From assembly GCA_038890155.1 (NCBI GenBank), contig JAWAFZ010000001.1:1189-65188 (forward strand): 64,000 nt of DNA. The letters are read 5' to 3'. The notes under the pieces were generated by a model. It worked only from the letters and a program-made list of their open reading frames with translations. It was not told the origin of the DNA and searched no databases. Of the stretch, positions 60,167 through 64,000 are shown one piece after another. Both the position numbers and the translations under genes were made by a program. Position 1 is the first letter of the stretch, and every line of letters starts with the position of its first letter. The stretch is from Candidatus Caldarchaeum sp. Its GTDB lineage: Archaea > Thermoproteota > Nitrososphaeria_A > Caldarchaeales > Caldarchaeaceae.

Positions 60167-61355
60167 CGGGCTTCAGCTGACCCTTAGTCTCGTCCAACTG
60201 CTTGAGCACGTAGCTCCGAACATCCCTTGGAGGCGGAGTCTCCCTCACCACCCGGCCATGCTCTATCAACGGTGTGAGCAGGGGCCTGACGCTCGACATG
60301 CAGACAGGACACCTATCAAACACCTTGCTCCACGCCGTAACGACGTCATGATAGTTGGCGCATCTGTACACCTGTTTCCGGCCCGGCAGCTTCCCCCTCT
60401 TCGAGAAAGCAACCCCCTCCCGCTCGACTATGTCGAGAGAAAGGTCTACGGAGGGCGGGAATGCAATAGACGTCCCGACGCCGAAACCGTCAACCAAGTC
60501 CCTAAGCTCGCTTATCCTACGCTCATCCAGCCCACCGCTTACAAAAATTTTCACATGCCTGTAGCCGTTTATGTCGAGAGTCCATCTAACCTCCTCCACT
60601 ATTCGTTTGATGTCTCCTCTCCTCGAGCGGGGTGTGTCAATCCTCACTCCGTCAAGGTCTTCTGCAAGCGTCCTGGCTGCCAGCAAGGCTTCAAACCTCT
60701 CGTCGGAGAAGGTGTCGACGAGAGCTATCCGGGGGACTTCCGGTGGGGCGGTCCTGTGGAACAGGAGCCAAGCTTTCGCCGCATCGCCTACCGACAGTAT
60801 CAGCGCATGGGGCATGGTTCCCATCGGCTTCAGCCCAGCCATCTCAGCACCAACAACTCCAGAGACCGCGTCGCAGCCACCTACGTACGCAGCTCTGTCG
60901 ACCATGGGGGTTATGGCTGGGTGGACGCATCGGATTCCAAAGAAAAGCACGGGCTTGTCTCCAGCCGTCAGCTTAACCTGAGCGGCCTTCGTGGCTATGC
61001 TCGTTGCGTGGCGTAGGAAGCCGAGGATTGACGGCTCGTAGACGCCGAAATCGCCGTACCTCCCCTCGACGCTGAGAACGGGCATCATCTCGGTGAACAA
61101 GGTTCCCTCCTCGACGGCGTAGACGTTCACGGGAAGGCCTTCCAGCAGCCAGGCAACCTCCTCCAACCCCGTCAGCACAGCCCAGCCAGCTCCCTCCGGC
61201 AGGGAGTAGGAGTGAACCTCGGCGACGACCCTGACGTTGAACTCCTCAGAATGCTCGAGCACCGTCTTCGTTCTCCTGAAATAGACGTCGGTGGAGTAGC
61301 CGCTCTTTATCATCCCCTCGTCCGCTAGATAAGGCAGAGGCCTTGTCTTCTTCAT
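60150..61355 (-). CDS. pncB: nicotinate phosphoribosyltransferase
   Basis: 401 aa in the NAPRTase family pattern. Confidence 0.8.
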   Translation of the reverse strand: MKKTRPLPYLADEGMIKSGYSTDVYFRRTKTVLEHSEEFNVRVVAEVHSYSLPEGAGWAVLTGLEEVAWLLEGLPVNVYAVEEGTLFTEMMPVLSVEGRYGDFGVYEPSILGFLRHATSIATKAAQVKLTAGDKPVLFFGIRCVHPAITPMVDRAAYVGGCDAVSGVVGAEMAGLKPMGTMPHALILSVGDAAKAWLLFHRTAPPEVPRIALVDTFSDERFEALLAARTLAEDLDGVRIDTPRSRRGDIKRIVEEVRWTLDINGYRHVKIFVSGGLDERRISELRDLVDGFGVGTSIAFPPSVDLSLDIVEREGVAFSKRGKLPGRKQVYRCANYHDVVTAWSKVFDRCPVCMSSVRPLLTPLIEHGRVVRETPPPRDVRSYVLKQLDETKGQLKPATLRL

Positions 61356-61939
61356 GCTATCTCAACTAGGTCCGACCGGGTTAGAGTCCCCCGGTAGAGA
61401 AACGTTATCTGCCTGAAGGCCGCCTTCAAGTCGAACTCTGTAAGGGCTGAAACGCAGTCTACGGGCACGAATATCTTGATCCAGCGGAGGGCGGCGCTTC
61501 CAGCCGTGTGGAGGACGCAGATGTTGGCCACGGTCCCGACGACCACTAGGTTCTTGACACCGTGCATGGAGAGGTAGTGGTCAAAGGCTGTTCCGTAGAA
61601 CCCGTCGTACCTCAGCTTCTTCACGACGACCTCGCCGGGGAAAGGCTTGAGCTCGTCGACTATCTCGGCTCCCCAGGTTCCCTCCAAGGCATGCACCCCC
61701 CATATCGAGAACTCAGGGTCATCCTTGCCATGCCAGTCCTGGGTGTAGAAAACCCTAGCCCCAGACCTTCTAAACTTGTCCAGCAGGCTGCGTATGCGTG
61801 GAATCGTCTCCGGTGAGGTGGGGACGAACAGACTGCCCTTAGGGTGGCAGAAGTCGTTCTGCATGTCGACGACTACGACCGCCGTGTCAGCTCTGCTGAG
61901 CCTCACGGGCACGGCCTCTGGGACGACGAACTCCGCCAT
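61352..61939 (-). CDS. pncA: isochorismatase-family hydrolase, probably a nicotinamidase
   Basis: Motifs [10 protein letters not shown] and [14 protein letters not shown] carry the isochorismatase catalytic Cys. It overlaps the pncB start. The start was taken at the internal Met. Confidence 0.75.
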   Translation of the reverse strand: MAEFVVPEAVPVRLSRADTAVVVVDMQNDFCHPKGSLFVPTSPETIPRIRSLLDKFRRSGARVFYTQDWHGKDDPEFSIWGVHALEGTWGAEIVDELKPFPGEVVVKKLRYDGFYGTAFDHYLSMHGVKNLVVVGTVANICVLHTAGSAALRWIKIFVPVDCVSALTEFDLKAAFRQITFLYRGTLTRSDLVEIA

Positions 61940-61996
61940 ACCGGGCTGGATGTATGATAATCTAAAATAATAAGGTTCGTCTCTGGAACAGGCGGC

Positions 61997-63337
61997 ATGG
62001 AAGACGTTCTGGCAAGAGTCAACGACCAAGTGTCCGCTGAGAGGAAGTACTTGATGTCGACGCTCTCAGACTTCATATCCATCCGCAGCGTCTCAGCCAG
62101 GATGGAGGGATTGACCGAATCCGTAGCATATCTTGAGAAGCTTCTCGAGGAACATGGGTTCACGGTCTCAGTCCTTGACACGAAGACCGGCAGGCCTGCA
62201 GTCTACGCCGAGTTGAGGGGAGGGAGGAGGTCCCTGCTGCTTTACAACCACTACGACGTGCAGCCACCCGAACCTCTGGAAGAATGGAAGACAGACCCTT
62301 TCAAACTCGTTGAGAGGGATGGGATGCTGTACGGAAGGGGTGTCGCGGACAACAAGGCTGAGATAATCGCAAGGCTGGGGGCTGTGAGGGTTGTTGAGAA
62401 GGTTTTGGGCGAGACGCCTATAACGGTCAAGTGGTTGTTGGAGGGAGAGGAAGAGGTAGGCAGCCCCTCTATCCAGGAGCTTGTAGGGCAAAACCTTCAC
62501 CGTTTCAGGGACGTAGTCGGATGTATGTGGGAGGGAGGAGAAGTTGTCGACGACGTCCCAACATTCTATCTGGGTGTGAAGGGAATGCTCTACGTCGAGC
62601 TCAGGCTGAGGACTGGTGAGGCCGACGCCCACTCGATGTACTCACCGGTGGTTGAGAACGCCGCCGAGAAGCTTGCTAGGATTGTTTTGAGCCTCAAAGA
62701 CAAGAACGGCCGGATAAATATCCCTGGGTTCTACGACGACGTGCTCAAACCAAATAAGCGTGAAAGGCTTATGATGGCCGGTGCCAGATCCTCGCCAGCA
62801 CGGCTAGCTGCTGCACTCGGGGTGAAGAAGCTCACAGCCCGAAGACATGAGATCGTCGAGAGGCTTGTTTTCCAGCCGACTTGCAACATAGCAGGATTCG
62901 TATCCGGCTACACGGGCCCCGGCTCCAAAACCATCACTCCGTCGACGTCCTCAGTCAAGATAGATTTCAGGCTCGTCCCAAACCAAGACCCTGACAAGAT
63001 CTTGAAGAGCTTGAAGAAAATCCTGCCAGGTGTCGAGATAATCGTCCACTCCAAAGCTCATCCTGCTAGGACAAGCCCCGACGAGCCATTAGTGAAGGCA
63101 GCCCTGAAGGCGGCGGAGAAAGTATACGGCAGGAAGCCAGTCCTTCTACCCAACATGTTTGGGACAGGCCCCCTTTACCACTTCAAGAAAGCCGGAATAC
63201 CCACCGCTATGCTCTCATCCCTCGCTCATCCTGGGTCGAGGCTGCATGCACCCAACGAGAACATCTACGTGAACCACTTCCTCAAGTCAGTTGCCCACCA
63301 CTCACTAGTCTTCATAGAAGCTGGCGGGCAAGCTTGA
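61997..63337 (+). CDS. M20-family metallopeptidase (ArgE/DapE/CPG2-like)
   Basis: Motifs LLYNHYDVQP and GRGVADNKAE in a 446-aa M20-family enzyme. Confidence 0.85.
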   Translation: MEDVLARVNDQVSAERKYLMSTLSDFISIRSVSARMEGLTESVAYLEKLLEEHGFTVSVLDTKTGRPAVYAELRGGRRSLLLYNHYDVQPPEPLEEWKTDPFKLVERDGMLYGRGVADNKAEIIARLGAVRVVEKVLGETPITVKWLLEGEEEVGSPSIQELVGQNLHRFRDVVGCMWEGGEVVDDVPTFYLGVKGMLYVELRLRTGEADAHSMYSPVVENAAEKLARIVLSLKDKNGRINIPGFYDDVLKPNKRERLMMAGARSSPARLAAALGVKKLTARRHEIVERLVFQPTCNIAGFVSGYTGPGSKTITPSTSSVKIDFRLVPNQDPDKILKSLKKILPGVEIIVHSKAHPARTSPDEPLVKAALKAAEKVYGRKPVLLPNMFGTGPLYHFKKAGIPTAMLSSLAHPGSRLHAPNENIYVNHFLKSVAHHSLVFIEAGGQA

Positions 63338-64000
63338 CGGCTAGGACAGGATGCGATAGAAGCTTCCTAGCTGCACGGCCTAGTTCAAGACCGTTGGCGA
63401 GGTCGAGGATGTCGTCTGCTTGAAAGATCCTAGCTAGAGTGTCCAAGTCCTCGTCCGAGAGCTTCTCAACAGCCCTCATGGCCTTAAGGCTCTTGTTGAT
63501 CCTAGTCAGCCAGTTTTCATACAGCTTGTAGAATTGCGAGAGCCGTTGCTTAGAAACATCCCCGTCTTTCACGGCTTCAGCCGCAACACGGCCCGCAGCA
63601 AGACCCGCAGAGACCGACGAATGAATTCCAGCCCCTGTGAGCGGTATGACGTGGCCTGCTGCGTCGCCGACGAGCATCACTCCGTCGAAAACGCTGTCCG
63701 AGATCACGCCGCCGATGGGCACGGGTGCTCCCCTGTAGTCGATTATCCTGCCGCCGCCCAGCTCTTCGCTAAACTTTTTGACGAAAGCGTCGAGGTACTC
63801 TTTCGCCACTCCGCCCCTGACGCCTATCCCGACCTCTGCCAGTTTCTCGCTTCGCGGGAATATCCATGCATAGCCTCCCGGGGCCAGTTTGTTTCCTAGG
63901 TAGAAGCGCACGGCATCGGGGTGTCGGAGCCTGCAGTTGGCCATGATGTACTGCACCGTGGGTATCGGCTCGGGCCTCTCAACCACTCCAAGACTCCTAG
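63312..64000 (-). CDS. geranylgeranyl reductase (FAD-dependent); the C-terminal part is shown and the N-terminus lies beyond the window
   Basis: Motifs GGYAWIFP, LVGDAAGHVIPLTGAGI and the GGR C-terminal helices. The frame is open to the window edge. Confidence 0.8.
   Translation of the reverse strand, partial: RSLGVVERPEPIPTVQYIMANCRLRHPDAVRFYLGNKLAPGGYAWIFPRSEKLAEVGIGVRGGVAKEYLDAFVKKFSEELGGGRIIDYRGAPVPIGGVISDSVFDGVMLVGDAAGHVIPLTGAGIHSSVSAGLAAGRVAAEAVKDGDVSKQRLSQFYKLYENWLTRINKSLKAMRAVEKLSDEDLDTLARIFQADDILDLANGLELGRAARKLLSHPVLAVKLARQLL

Noticed and set aside
60258-61016. 252-aa plus-strand ORF and smaller ones inside pncB
   Set aside because: They are antisense to the well-supported NAPRTase gene and show an Arg/Pro-rich composition typical of antisense GC-rich frames.

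Overview
This is a dense archaeal chromosomal segment of about 57% GC, with roughly 90% of bases coding on both strands. Gene content points to a crenarchaeon (Thermoproteota): RadA, Hjc, class I LysRS, glycerol-1-phosphate dehydrogenase, ribosomal protein S25e, archaeal-type phosphoglycerate mutase, intron-containing tRNA, a canonical SSB with an RGG tail, and ferredoxin-linked oxidoreductases (AOR, 2-oxoacid:Fd oxidoreductase). Most of the window is ordinary housekeeping and central metabolism; this looks like a core chromosome, not an obvious island. The named products include: acetyl-CoA synthetase, acyl-CoA ligase, citrate synthase, class II fumarase/aspartase, ValRS, LysRS-I, SHMT, mevalonate-PP decarboxylase, polyprenyl synthase, geranylgeranyl reductase, NAD salvage PncB/PncA, a stomatin-NfeD pair and two Hsp20 genes. 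Three non-protein genes were found that the ORF track cannot show: an RNase P RNA (8395-8690, overlain by three spurious ORFs), an intron-containing tRNA-Ser(CGA) (220-328, minus strand), and a tRNA-Glu(UUC) (12379-12453). The most unusual protein-coding features are listed below. (1) An orphan N4/N6-type DNA methyltransferase with inverted motif order (DPFxGxGTT before SPPY), interrupted by a frameshift at a T6 tract and translationally coupled to a PfpI protease gene. (2) A decayed locus downstream of tRNA-Glu holding a short-chain dehydrogenase pseudogene. (3) A 56-aa AbrB/SpoVT-type gene missed by the ORF track, lying after the SHMT-mevalonate decarboxylase gene pair. (4) A tightly overlapping four-gene minus-strand operon: coiled-coil/Zn-ribbon protein, wHTH protein, Hjc with an insertion, Lrp. 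(5) A small helical protein translationally coupled to radA. (6) A ThiR-like regulator next to a paralogous HTH/Cys protein. No CRISPR array, transposase, integrase or recognisable defence operon was seen. All coordinates and calls come from reading the sequence and ORF translations by eye, with no database searches run.
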